Shown here in pieces: positions 9,596 to 19,812 of a DNA stretch of 64,000 bases. The number at the start of each line of letters is the position of its first letter. Position 1 is the stretch's first letter. Both the position numbers and the translations under genes were made by a program. The notes beneath the pieces were generated by a model that did not search any database, was not told the DNA's origin, and saw nothing but the letters and a program-made list of their open reading frames with translations. This stretch comes from Calditrichia bacterium (GTDB lineage: Bacteria; Calditrichota; Calditrichia; RBG-13-44-9; J075), in contig JBOEGD010000024.1 in NCBI GenBank assembly GCA_050633245.1, forward strand, positions 1 to 64,000, given 5' to 3'.

Positions 9596-10870
9596 CTACA
9601 ATGATGACTTTCTAATGTCGAATGCTGCCATCTGCGAAAAATTACGCAGGTAAATTATGCCATTGGCAATTGTTGGGCTGGTCCAGGATTTTCCTTCAAT
9701 CGCTTGAAATGTGCCAAGCTCTTTGTAAGAATCGGAAACGGCCTCTACAACCACAACTTTGCCCTTATCGGAAAGGACGAAGAGCTTATTGTCTGCCGCC
9801 ACCAGCGAACCTTTGCCAAGGCCACGCTTATTCCACATGCGTTTGCCGGTCTCAACGTCAATACAGCGTAGCGTCGCGTTGCTGAAGCCATAAATAGCGC
9901 CATCGTGATAGATTGAGCTGTTGAAGTGATTACGCATAAACTTATTCTGCCAAAGTGTATCCGCCGGTGCTTTTCCTTCTTTGTCCAGCTGTAGCATGGT
10001 ACATCCACCCTGATCCGGATTTGACAAAAATAGCTGCATGCCCGGAAGCAAGATCGGCATTGCGATGGCGCCGGGAACACGGTTTTCCCAAACAACACTA
10101 CCGTCTGTTGGGTTAAGCGAAAAAATTCGCCCGGATGTTACAAACAAAATCTGCGGTCCGGAGGGGAAATCGATTTGAATAGGGGAGGAATAACTGGCGC
10201 GTCCTTCAAAAGTGTGTTGCCAGAGCTGCTCGCCGGTTTTGGCGTTAAGTGCAATCAGGTTATTGAACGACTTGCGTGCCTCACCCTCACCTTCAACTTT
10301 TCCGCCAGCCTCGATAATCAGCATATCTTTGAACAGAATAGGAGACATGCTAAATCCAAAGCGCGGTGTCGGACTCTCATAGTCTTTGTTGAAAGAACGA
10401 TTCCATGATTTGCTACCGTCTTTTTTATTTACAGCGAGCAGTTCGCCATTTGAGCTCAGCGCGTAAATCATGTTTTCGGTTATGAGCGGTGTTGAGCGCG
10501 GACCATCGCCGAATTCATTGTAAAGTGCCTTACCGAGCTCTGTCGACCAGCTTTCTGTACCTTTGCTCTTGTCGAAGGCCGCAAGGTATTCGCTACTGTC
10601 TTTGGCATACATGGTATAGAGGATGTCATTCTCAATTAAGATGGTTGAAAAGCCAGACCCGATTTCTTTAGACCACAACTTCTTGGGCCCGGCTTCCGGA
10701 TAGGTGTCCAGCAGGTTTGTGGAAGGCGATACGCCATTGCGCATTTCACCGCGAAATTGCCGCCACTTCTCTTTGCCTTCATCGCCCGATGCGGGAAATA
10801 TTAAAGCAATCAACAAGACAGCGATCAGATTTTTAATCGTAAATAATTTTGCCACAGGATTTCTCTCCAA
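9596..10870 (-). CDS. PQQ-binding-like beta-propeller repeat protein
   Basis: Signal peptide; WRQFRG..RNG; repeated A.D..TG...W blades; GPRSTP; YSSP; WTSPTIANG..YLR. Confidence 0.9.
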   Translation of the reverse strand: MERNPVAKLFTIKNLIAVLLIALIFPASGDEGKEKWRQFRGEMRNGVSPSTNLLDTYPEAGPKKLWSKEIGSGFSTILIENDILYTMYAKDSSEYLAAFDKSKGTESWSTELGKALYNEFGDGPRSTPLITENMIYALSSNGELLAVNKKDGSKSWNRSFNKDYESPTPRFGFSMSPILFKDMLIIEAGGKVEGEGEARKSFNNLIALNAKTGEQLWQHTFEGRASYSSPIQIDFPSGPQILFVTSGRIFSLNPTDGSVVWENRVPGAIAMPILLPGMQLFLSNPDQGGCTMLQLDKEGKAPADTLWQNKFMRNHFNSSIYHDGAIYGFSNATLRCIDVETGKRMWNKRGLGKGSLVAADNKLFVLSDKGKVVVVEAVSDSYKELGTFQAIEGKSWTSPTIANGIIYLRNFSQMAAFDIRKSSL

Positions 10871-10969
10871 TTAATAGTGTTGGATTGGATGTAGATTGAC
10901 CTTTAGACTACGCAAGATTGTTTAAATTGTTTCAAAAGCTCACGACCTAAGTCATGGGCTAAATAGTCA

Positions 10970-12424
10970 TTACTTCTGCCAGAAGGAAGGAGAAAACAGA
11001 ATGATCACGGTGAACACTTCCAAGCGGCCAACAAGCATGAGAAAAGATAAGACCCATTTTCCGATAACGCTAATGTGAGCGTAATTATCTGTTGGCCCAA
11101 TACTGCCAAGGCCGGGCCCAACGTTGCCAAGTGTTGCAGCAACAGCGCCAAATGAAGATTCGATGTCCAGACCGGTGGCCGTCATTATCAGCACGCCGAC
11201 GGAGTAAATCATGATAAAAAGGATGAAGTAACCAATGATGTTTTGCATAACGTCACGGTTAACGACCGTCTTGCCGATGCGAACCGGCACCACGGCATGA
11301 GGATGAATAAGCCGAACGATTTCTGATAATACAAACTTGATGAGCAGGTAAATGCGAACCAGCTTCATACCACCACTTGTCGAACCTGCGCAGGCACCGG
11401 TAAACATTAAAAAGAACAGCACTGCTTGTGAAGCAAAGGACCAGTCTTCATAGTCCGCGGTGGCAAATCCGGTGGTCGTGATAATCGAAACGACCTGAAA
11501 AAGCGTATCGCGAAAGGACTTGTCAATTGAAGCATCCGACATTGTAAGCGTATCAAATGAAATGATCAGCGTTGCCAGAGCGATGATTCCGAGATAAAAC
11601 TTAAACTCAACGTTTTGAAAATAGGCCTTAAAATTACCACGCAGCATGCGGTAATGCAGCGAAAAGTTACTGCCTGCAATAATCATAAAAAAAATAATCA
11701 CCCAGTCGATGTAGGCACTGGAATATGCTGCAACGCTGGTGTTTTGCGTTGAGTAACCTCCAGTCGCCATGGTACCAAAGGCATGACAAAGTGAATCGTA
11801 TAAGTCCATGCCGCCGAACATCAACAGACTGGTCTGGATTCCGGTTAACAATACATATACGCCCCAGAGCATTTTTGCGGTGTCTGCAACTTTGGGTGCG
11901 AGTTTGTCCGCAGTGGGTCCGGGAACCTCTGCCTTAAATAGCTGCATGCCTCCAACGCCGAGGAACGGTAGAATGGCTAATGACAACACGATGATTCCCA
12001 TACCACCGATCCAGTGAGTCAGGCTGCGCCAGAACAAAATACCGCGCGGCAGACTCTCTATATCCGATAGTATGGTTGCCCCGGTGGTACTGAATCCGGA
12101 GATTGTTTCGAAGAAGGCATTGGTGAAGTCTGGAATGGCGCCGGAAAGAATGAACGGTAGCGAGCCAAATAATGAAAGTCCAATCCAGCTAAAGGTGACA
12201 ATGGCGAAGCCTTCTTTTGGCCGCAGATCCTCATTGAAGTCTGAAAAATAATAGGCCGCGAGTCCGGTGAAAAAGGTTATAGCCGCACTGAAGATGAGTG
12301 GGTTATGGTCGCCTGAATCGTAGTAGAAAGAAAAGGGAAGCGGTAGTAGCATTGTCAGAGCCATAAACATCAATAGCAGGCCAAGGATGTTAATAACGCT
12401 TCGAAAGTGAATATTCAGGCTCAT
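10970..12424 (-). CDS. trkH: Trk potassium uptake membrane protein
   Basis: FETISGFSTTGAT, ATGGYS, TTTGF, GSTSGGMK, LGNVGPG, GRLE pore motifs. Confidence 0.97.
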   Translation of the reverse strand: MSLNIHFRSVINILGLLLMFMALTMLLPLPFSFYYDSGDHNPLIFSAAITFFTGLAAYYFSDFNEDLRPKEGFAIVTFSWIGLSLFGSLPFILSGAIPDFTNAFFETISGFSTTGATILSDIESLPRGILFWRSLTHWIGGMGIIVLSLAILPFLGVGGMQLFKAEVPGPTADKLAPKVADTAKMLWGVYVLLTGIQTSLLMFGGMDLYDSLCHAFGTMATGGYSTQNTSVAAYSSAYIDWVIIFFMIIAGSNFSLHYRMLRGNFKAYFQNVEFKFYLGIIALATLIISFDTLTMSDASIDKSFRDTLFQVVSIITTTGFATADYEDWSFASQAVLFFLMFTGACAGSTSGGMKLVRIYLLIKFVLSEIVRLIHPHAVVPVRIGKTVVNRDVMQNIIGYFILFIMIYSVGVLIMTATGLDIESSFGAVAATLGNVGPGLGSIGPTDNYAHISVIGKWVLSFLMLVGRLEVFTVIILFSPSFWQK

Positions 12425-13755
12425 TTGAAAAGCTTCTCAACTTTCTTTAGCGCCTGTGGCAACATGAATACAGCAACTTTATCGCCGGGTTGAATATGCG
12501 TATCGCCACGAATGATTTCAGCGCGACCGTCGTGAACGATGGCACCGGCCATTGCTTTTTCGGGAAAGCCAATATCCCGCAGCGGCTTACGGGTAATCTT
12601 CGATCGATCGCCTGCAATGAACTCTATGATCTGGGCATCAACGCCGGGAATTGCAGCGATCGAGGCAATCTGATGTTGGCGGATATAGCGCTGCACTGCA
12701 TTTACAGTGAGCAGCTGCTTACTAACCACCGCGTCCATACCGATAGTCGTTGTTACCGGCATATATTCCACCGTGTTTACCAGAGCTATTGTGCGCGGCA
12801 CGCGCAGGTGGCGTGCGACCAACGTGGCAATAATATTCGTTTCGTCGCTGCCGGTAACAGAAATAAAAGCATCCATATCCATTAAGCCTTCAACGGCGAG
12901 AAGGTCAATATCAGTGCCATCTCCGTGAATAATCAGCGATCGCGGGAGCAAATCGGCAATTTCACGAGATTTGTCCTCATTGCTCTCAACTATCTTCACG
13001 TGGATGTCTTTACCGATATCGCGGGCAATGAATTGCCCGATCAGACCGCCGCCGAGAATCATGACGTTCTTGATTTGCGTTTTTGTTTTGCCGGTAAAGG
13101 TGATCACTTCTGCCTGATATTCCGGTAGGCATAGAAAGAAAACTTGATCTCCGGCGGCAAGAATGTCATCTCCGCGCGGGATAATGGTATGATCCCGTCG
13201 GTTTATTGCCACGATTGTCATATGTAGATTATTAAAACGAGGTCCGAGATCCTTCAGCGGAATTCGAAGAACTGGAGATGCATCATCCAGGCGGATGCCG
13301 ATGAGCTGCAGATGACCATCTACCAGTTCAATGACATCGGTTGCCGCTGATTGGCGGATAAGCCGCATTACCGCGGCAGCCGTTTCTTTTTCCGGATGAA
13401 TAATTAAGTCTGCTACTTCCGACTGCGGAATGAGGCAGTCGGGCATGGTATATTCGTGATTTCGCACGCGTGCGATTGTGGTGGCTTTTCCGGCACGGCG
13501 CGCCATCTGGCAAATCAGGATATTGAGCTCATCATTATTGGTCATTGCTGCAACAATATCTGCAGCACCAATTCCCGCCTCGCGCAGCAGACGATAGCTG
13601 CCACCATGACCTTCCAGCACAAAGGCGTCCAGCTGTTCAGACGCGCGCTTTGCCTTTTGCGGATCACTTTCAATTAGCGTGATATCGTGGTCGATGGAGA
13701 GACGTTTGGTAAGCTGAAATCCTACATCTCCGGCACCGATAATTAGTATTTTCAT
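12421..13755 (-). CDS. trkA: Trk potassium uptake regulatory subunit (tandem RCK)
   Basis: IIGAGDVG and ILGGGLIG Rossmann motifs; IIPRGDD; 4-bp overlap with trkH. Confidence 0.97.
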   Translation of the reverse strand: MKILIIGAGDVGFQLTKRLSIDHDITLIESDPQKAKRASEQLDAFVLEGHGGSYRLLREAGIGAADIVAAMTNNDELNILICQMARRAGKATTIARVRNHEYTMPDCLIPQSEVADLIIHPEKETAAAVMRLIRQSAATDVIELVDGHLQLIGIRLDDASPVLRIPLKDLGPRFNNLHMTIVAINRRDHTIIPRGDDILAAGDQVFFLCLPEYQAEVITFTGKTKTQIKNVMILGGGLIGQFIARDIGKDIHVKIVESNEDKSREIADLLPRSLIIHGDGTDIDLLAVEGLMDMDAFISVTGSDETNIIATLVARHLRVPRTIALVNTVEYMPVTTTIGMDAVVSKQLLTVNAVQRYIRQHQIASIAAIPGVDAQIIEFIAGDRSKITRKPLRDIGFPEKAMAGAIVHDGRAEIIRGDTHIQPGDKVAVFMLPQALKKVEKLFK

Positions 13756-13780
13756 AAGTGATGGACAGAATGGTTTTACA

Positions 13781-13857
13781 TTTTGATTTTGTCACCTCGA
13801 GCGAAGTCGAGAGGCTGGTAAGCTCTCAACAGGGCTTCGACTCCGCTCAGTCTGACC
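13781..13857. repeat. Inverted pair of REP-like repeats
   Basis: GTCACCTCGAGCGAAGTCGAGAGG ... GGGCTTCGACTCCGCTCAGTCTGAC between ltaE and trkA. Confidence 0.75.
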
Positions 13858-13910
13858 AAATTAGCTGCACGATACCTTTGAAGAGTTTTTTCTTGGCATT
13901 TAGCGATCTA

Positions 13911-14945
13911 TCAACTTGTTGTTAACAGTTTAAACTGTTCTACTGCATAGGCAATATCATCATCAGAAATGTCCAGATGTAAGACGAGTCTGACACGTGT
14001 GGGGCCGAAGGCGAACATGTGCACACCTCGTTCTGCCATTTGCTTTATTATATAGTCGGTTGTGTAGTGCTTCGGATCTACCTCAAAGATGACAATATTT
14101 GTTTGCACGGCACTTAGATCGACACTTAAACCATTCAGCGTATCCAACTCTTCCGCAATAAAGCGAGCACGGCGATGATCTTCATTGAGAATGGGAAGAT
14201 GGTGTTCAAGTGCATGCAGTGCGGCGGCGGCAAGAATGCCGGCCTGACGCATACCGCCACCATATGCCTTGCGATAAAAGTGTGCTCTTTTCATGAAACG
14301 CTTTGAGCCGGCGACGATAGAGCCAACAGGTGCCCCCAATCCTTTAGAAAAGCAAAGTGACACTGAGTCGAAATGTTGACAGTATTCTTTCAGGCTGATT
14401 CCTGCAGCGATGCAGGCGTTCCAAAGACGTGCGCCATCCAGATGGAGCGGCAACTTTTGCTCTTTGGCAAACTGAGAAATGCGCTCGATTTCGCGAAGAG
14501 GATAGATTGTTCCACCCGCTCGGTTATGGGTATTCTCAAGACAAATCATACCCGTTTGCGGGTAATGATCATCCGTTGGGCGAATGGCGTGCTTCAGTTG
14601 TTCTACCGTTATTACACCATGCGTGCCATCCAGCGGATTCACCTGGACGCCGGCAAGCATTGAGGGGGCACCAGATTCATAGAATACGATGTGGCTGTTT
14701 TTATCCAGCAAAATTTCCTGACCCGGTTGTGTGTGGGCATTAATGGAAATCTGATTGCCTTGGGTGCCGCTGCTTACAAACATTGCGGTTTCCATGCCGG
14801 TTTCGGTGGCAATATAATTTTGCAATTCCTGTATTGTCGGGTCTTCGTTGAATACATCATCACCAACTTCTGCCTTGAACATGGCCTCGCGCATGGCCTT
14901 TGTTGGTTTAGTAAGCGTATCGCTTCGTAAATCGACTGTTCTCAT
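13911..14945 (-). CDS. ltaE: Low-specificity L-threonine aldolase
   Basis: DLRSDT, VGDDV..EDPT, ENTHN..GG, HLDGARL, CFSKGLGAPVGS (PLP Lys), GGGMRQAG. Confidence 0.96.
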   Translation of the reverse strand: MRTVDLRSDTLTKPTKAMREAMFKAEVGDDVFNEDPTIQELQNYIATETGMETAMFVSSGTQGNQISINAHTQPGQEILLDKNSHIVFYESGAPSMLAGVQVNPLDGTHGVITVEQLKHAIRPTDDHYPQTGMICLENTHNRAGGTIYPLREIERISQFAKEQKLPLHLDGARLWNACIAAGISLKEYCQHFDSVSLCFSKGLGAPVGSIVAGSKRFMKRAHFYRKAYGGGMRQAGILAAAALHALEHHLPILNEDHRRARFIAEELDTLNGLSVDLSAVQTNIVIFEVDPKHYTTDYIIKQMAERGVHMFAFGPTRVRLVLHLDISDDDIAYAVEQFKLLTTS

Positions 14946-15232
14946 TGTTCTCTCCGCTAAAATGCATCAGAAATTAACGTGTTCACGTCGCTAAAGCAAG
15001 AACCCACCGGATAATCTACCATCTTTCTCATTTTCATATTAAAAGCTATTAAATGCTTCATTTTCAACGATCTCTGGTAAAACTTTCTGTATAGAAAAGC
15101 AAAATCGTCGAGTGTTTAAATTAATGAATCACCTATTTGTGAAATACACCCTCTTGCCTTCAGAAAAATTCGCGATTTTACTCGCGTTATCAAGTGATCT
15201 GTTGTCTAACCCGAAATACCATAGAGGTAAAG

Positions 15233-18200
15233 ATGGACGGTGCCATTTTACTCTCTTCCAGTGATTTTAAACCCATCTCCAGTAATATCATTGCGGCGTT
15301 ATTATACGATATTCGCGAGGCGGAGCTGGAAACTATTGACCGTCTACTGGTAGAATCGATCTATTTTGACAGCATCACAGAGGGATCTGCGAGCATTCTC
15401 AAGAGCGAGAATACCAAGAAAAAACTTCTGTCAAAACTTCAGCAAAAATCACTCTCCAGCCATATTAACGACTTCCGAACAGACGGTAAGCCACTTGCCC
15501 CGGATTATTTTGAGGAGCGATTCTCAAAGGTAATCAGCTTACGCAATGCGGCGAAGATTGCGCCATCATTCCTGGATATTTTTAGCAAACGAATTGCCGA
15601 ACATACCGAGCTGTCAGATGCGGTTGTACGTCTGTACGCAACTGGAATTAAGCGTGGCGATTGGTCTTTAAATAATGATGCACTCATTACATTCGAGAGA
15701 GTACTCGGACAAATGAATGGGGCGTCGGCGCATCATCATTCAGCAGGCGATGTCGTTGACGTCGAAACCAAACATTCGGATGAGGATGAACTGGTTGAGT
15801 TGTTGCTGAATTCCGATGGGGATGAGGAAACCTCTGAAAGCCCTGTTGAGACGCAGGAGGCGACCACCGATGTTCCCGAGAGTTCGTCTGTGAATGACCT
15901 GCTTGTTGCTGAGGAGCTGGTTGAACAGGAAGAAGAAGGCATTTTGATTGATGCCGAACTTCCGGAAGGCGTAACTGAGGTTGTTCCAACTCTCGATATG
16001 GAAGAGGAAGTGAACGAAGCGATAGACGATGTGTTGACGCGTGAACTTGCAGGCGAGCTGGACGAATCCCTAATCGAAGAACTAAATCTTCAGCTTATTG
16101 AAGCGGATGAAGAATCAGCTGAGGAACCAGATACGTCATCAGACTCCGATAACGCCGACCTGGAGGAAATGCTGGGTGAGCTTTCGGTTGAAGATGATGA
16201 CATTACCGACGAACACATTGTTGAACCCTATGAAGATGATTTTGACGAACAACCCGTTGAAGATCAGCTTAATGTAGAAGCTACTGTTGAAGCAGAAGAG
16301 ACGGATGTTCCTGCAATTGAAGAGACCGTTGATGAAAACGCCTCTGTAGAAGACGTTATAGTTGCTGATGTTGAGAATAATATCGAGGCGCTATTTGAAG
16401 AAGATGAAGCTGAATTCGCTGAGCCTGATGTTGAAGTGAGCGAAGATGTCGCTTCTGAAGAAATCCCCGAAGTTAGTGATAGTGATACGGCCGCTGAGGC
16501 AGCACAGTTTATAGAAAACCTCGAGAGCAGTGTCGATTTAGACGACGAGGCAGAAGAACAGCTGGATTCTGCATTTTATGTAGAGTTGGAAAAAGAAATT
16601 AATGAAAAGCTGGATAAACAGCTTGCCGATGAACGTGATCATGAAGACGCAGAATCGGTAGGACGTTTTCAGACTTGGGAACGCTCTGGTGAACTGGAAG
16701 CATTTGGTTTGCATCAATTCGTTCTTCCTATTCGCGGCATGCGCAAGATGGAACAGGCGCTTTCTGCAAACTCGGTTCTCTATTTAACCGGCTTCAGCGG
16801 TACTGGAAAATCGACACTCATTGCAGCCTATCTGAATCATTTGGTAACCGGAAAAAGCCTGAAGCTCGATGAAATTTTCTATTATCGCTTTATTAATGGC
16901 GTTTCCAGCTATAGCTCATTTCGCAGCAGTCTGGTGCAGTTTGTTGCCGGAATTCGCTCTAAAGAACCGGAAGAGGTTGAAGGTGTACTGGAAGCAACAC
17001 TTGCTGAAACCAGTGCATTCTTTGTTGTGGACGATTTGCATTATGCCACTGATCCCCGAATTTTTGACCTGCTAAATGTTGCACGTGATCAGATAAAACG
17101 CCAGAATCGCTTTAGACGAAAATTGGTGCTTATTGGTCGGGAAATGCATCGCTCTATTCGTGCAGAAGAAGATACCTTCGAGTATTCCGGGCTTTCAAAC
17201 GCGGAATCGAATGCGCTGATTCGCGACCTATGGAAGCTGGATCTTACTCCAAAAGTGCGAAGACTCGTTTCGCAAAGACTTCTGGGCAATCCACAATGTA
17301 TGATTCTATTTCGCAACTGGTGGCAAACTGAAAATCACACAGATACTCGGGTTGAGCGCTATATCGGTGCAATGCCCGCAGGTGAAAAGGAACTCGCCGG
17401 CTATCTTAGCAGCCAACTTTATGATGCGCTTGAGCTGGGTAATAGCCGTGTAAACAATTTTCTGAAATCAATCAGTGCTTTTCGGGTTGTGGAATCTGAA
17501 GAGTTTCTGGAAGAAATGTATGAGCGATCTGGTGGGCTGGACTTTCAGAATCAGCTCGAAGATCTTGTTGAACGCTATAATTTGTTGATTTATCATAATC
17601 AACTGGGCAGGTATCAGCTTAGCGAAACGATGAAGAGCTTCTACTATCACAAGATTGGTAGTGCTCAGATGTACCGCATTCTGCACAATCGTGCTGCGAA
17701 GTTATACAGCAATCGCTTCAATCAGAGTAATCATGTTCTGGATGCAACCGAAGCTGCTTATCACTATACGCGAACTGATAAGGAAGAAGAAGCTGCTCAA
17801 ATTATCTATAGTTATGTTGTTTCCAATGAAGTTGGCGAGCACTATGTAGATAATGTACTGGAAGTTATGCAGCGTCTTAACTTCGATGCCTTCGACGATG
17901 AAGAACTGCGCATGCAAATATTTTATACCCGGGCCAAGTTGGAGCTGCAAAAACGCTCTTTTGCTCGTGCGGAAGAAGATTTTAATGCCTGTCTGTCGTT
18001 CGACAATTTGCCGGAAAAAATTAAAGCCGGTGTCTACTACGGACTCGCGCAAATATTTTACGCAACCGGAGATAGCAAAGCCGCTATTGAATATTGCCAC
18101 AATGCATTGGATTTCTACGAAGAGGCTCAGGATCAAAATGGCAGAGCCGATGTGTTTGCAACACTGATTGATGTATATATACGCCATGAAGAACAGGCAT

Positions 18201-19645
18201 CGACTCTGGAAATTCTCGAAAAAGCCATCAAGTCGTTCAGGTCTGTCGGTGACCGCAAGCGCGAGGCATACGCCAGTGAAATTACTGCCAGCATCTTTAA
18301 AGAAAATAAAGACTGGGAACGCTCGCTCGACTACTATCAGCAAACAGTTTCTCTACATGAAGAGCTTGGCTATACAGATAAACTCGCTGCTGCCTTGGAT
18401 AATATTGGCGTAATTCATAAAAACCGTGGCCAGTGGCAGGATGCCATCAATGCACATCAGCGCGTGCTAGATTTGAAAGAATCTGGCGATGACTGGCGTT
18501 TGATTGCCAAAGCATCCGGGCGTATCGGCAGTATTCTACAGCTCGAAGAAAAGCTGGAAGATGCACTTACCTATTATAACCATTCGCAAAAGCTTTATAA
18601 AGACAATCAAGAGTGGAGAGAGCTTGCGCGAATCCATTATCATATTGGTACCGTGTATCGTCGCCAGGATGAAAATGGTGTCGCTTTGGGCTACTATCAA
18701 AGCTCTCTTGAGCTGTATCAGCGTTTGGAAGATTTACAGGGTATTGCACAATGTTATGGCAGTATTGCGCTAATCTATCGTGGTCAGAAGGACTGGGAGA
18801 AGGCGCTTGAAACTTATAATCGCTCGCTTAAGATTCATCAAAAGACGGGTGATATGCGCCAGACCGCAGATGTGCATGAACAAATGGGCGATATCTTCAA
18901 TTTAATGGATCAGCACGATGAAGCGCTGGACCTATATGCGACCGCAGCCGCAGCAAAAGAAGAAATTAATGATCATACCGGAATGGCTGATATTCTTTAC
19001 CGTATGGGTGAGATTTACGGCAAGCGCGTCGAGTGGGAGCGCTCCAATGAATTCTATCGGAAGGCGCTTGAAATTTTTGAGGATACCAATAACCCTCGCG
19101 GAATGGCCAAGACTTATCGTGCTTTAGGCCGTGGTTATCAAAAGGTCGAGCGTTATACCGAGGTTGTTGGTTTTCTGCAGAAGGCGCTTCAGACCTATCA
19201 AGACTTGAGTGACAAGGAAGGCATTGCCTACAGCGTTTATGATATCGGCAATTATTATCACGATGCCGGTGATTGGGAAAATGCCCTGCATTATTACTCC
19301 GAGGTGTTGCCGTTATTCGAGGAAATTGACGCGGTTTATAATATGGCTCAGGCATTGGGGAATATAAGCTCAATTGAGTTCGAGAAGAAAGACCACGGGA
19401 ATGCGATTGCGCGTCAGATTGAAATTCTGCTATATTTTCAGACGGCCGAAAAATCTGAGTTGGTAGAACGAGTCTTAGGAAACTTGGTTGCATGCCATCA
19501 GGAGCTTGGTGCCGAAACGTTCCAGCCGATTCTCAAAAGCTGCCTCGACCGTATTTCTGAAGGTGGAATAAGCTGGGGAAGGCATCTGATTCTTCCTCCG
19601 GATCATGCTGAGCGAATTATTTCTTCGGTATTTTACAACGCTTAA
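15233..19645 (+). CDS. Large STAND-type (MalT-like) P-loop NTPase with acidic linker and C-terminal TPR array
   Basis: ATG 15233 with SD GAGG; Walker A GFSGTGKS, Walker B FFVVDDLH, GxP (LLGNPQ), LHNRAA..Y arm, many ~40-aa TPRs. Confidence 0.85.
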   Translation: MDGAILLSSSDFKPISSNIIAALLYDIREAELETIDRLLVESIYFDSITEGSASILKSENTKKKLLSKLQQKSLSSHINDFRTDGKPLAPDYFEERFSKVISLRNAAKIAPSFLDIFSKRIAEHTELSDAVVRLYATGIKRGDWSLNNDALITFERVLGQMNGASAHHHSAGDVVDVETKHSDEDELVELLLNSDGDEETSESPVETQEATTDVPESSSVNDLLVAEELVEQEEEGILIDAELPEGVTEVVPTLDMEEEVNEAIDDVLTRELAGELDESLIEELNLQLIEADEESAEEPDTSSDSDNADLEEMLGELSVEDDDITDEHIVEPYEDDFDEQPVEDQLNVEATVEAEETDVPAIEETVDENASVEDVIVADVENNIEALFEEDEAEFAEPDVEVSEDVASEEIPEVSDSDTAAEAAQFIENLESSVDLDDEAEEQLDSAFYVELEKEINEKLDKQLADERDHEDAESVGRFQTWERSGELEAFGLHQFVLPIRGMRKMEQALSANSVLYLTGFSGTGKSTLIAAYLNHLVTGKSLKLDEIFYYRFINGVSSYSSFRSSLVQFVAGIRSKEPEEVEGVLEATLAETSAFFVVDDLHYATDPRIFDLLNVARDQIKRQNRFRRKLVLIGREMHRSIRAEEDTFEYSGLSNAESNALIRDLWKLDLTPKVRRLVSQRLLGNPQCMILFRNWWQTENHTDTRVERYIGAMPAGEKELAGYLSSQLYDALELGNSRVNNFLKSISAFRVVESEEFLEEMYERSGGLDFQNQLEDLVERYNLLIYHNQLGRYQLSETMKSFYYHKIGSAQMYRILHNRAAKLYSNRFNQSNHVLDATEAAYHYTRTDKEEEAAQIIYSYVVSNEVGEHYVDNVLEVMQRLNFDAFDDEELRMQIFYTRAKLELQKRSFARAEEDFNACLSFDNLPEKIKAGVYYGLAQIFYATGDSKAAIEYCHNALDFYEEAQDQNGRADVFATLIDVYIRHEEQASTLEILEKAIKSFRSVGDRKREAYASEITASIFKENKDWERSLDYYQQTVSLHEELGYTDKLAAALDNIGVIHKNRGQWQDAINAHQRVLDLKESGDDWRLIAKASGRIGSILQLEEKLEDALTYYNHSQKLYKDNQEWRELARIHYHIGTVYRRQDENGVALGYYQSSLELYQRLEDLQGIAQCYGSIALIYRGQKDWEKALETYNRSLKIHQKTGDMRQTADVHEQMGDIFNLMDQHDEALDLYATAAAAKEEINDHTGMADILYRMGEIYGKRVEWERSNEFYRKALEIFEDTNNPRGMAKTYRALGRGYQKVERYTEVVGFLQKALQTYQDLSDKEGIAYSVYDIGNYYHDAGDWENALHYYSEVLPLFEEIDAVYNMAQALGNISSIEFEKKDHGNAIARQIEILLYFQTAEKSELVERVLGNLVACHQELGAETFQPILKSCLDRISEGGISWGRHLILPPDHAERIISSVFYNA

Positions 19646-19723
19646 TATTTACTAAGCGTTGTGCTGGATCTGGCAGTTAACTACAGGTTTTTGCGCTATA
19701 CTTCTTGTATTGCTTGCCTTAGC

Positions 19724-19755
19724 GCCTCGATTCCGCTCGGCGTGACAAAATCAAA
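19724..19755 (+). repeat. REP-like dispersed repeat copy
   Basis: GCCTCGATTCCGCTCGGCGTGACAAAATCAAA, close to the reverse complement of 13781-13814 including the GTGACAAAATCAAA tail. Confidence 0.7.
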
Positions 19756-19812
19756 CTGCAGAATCATTCTGTCACACTACTTACTGGTTAGTAGCTATTT
19801 GGTATACGGGAA

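Noticed and set aside
17702-19493. Long antisense ORFs (213 aa and 175 aa) inside the STAND-TPR gene, and the many similar shadow ORFs elsewhere
   Set aside because: Antisense or alternate-frame shadows of well-supported genes, with no motifs or RBS
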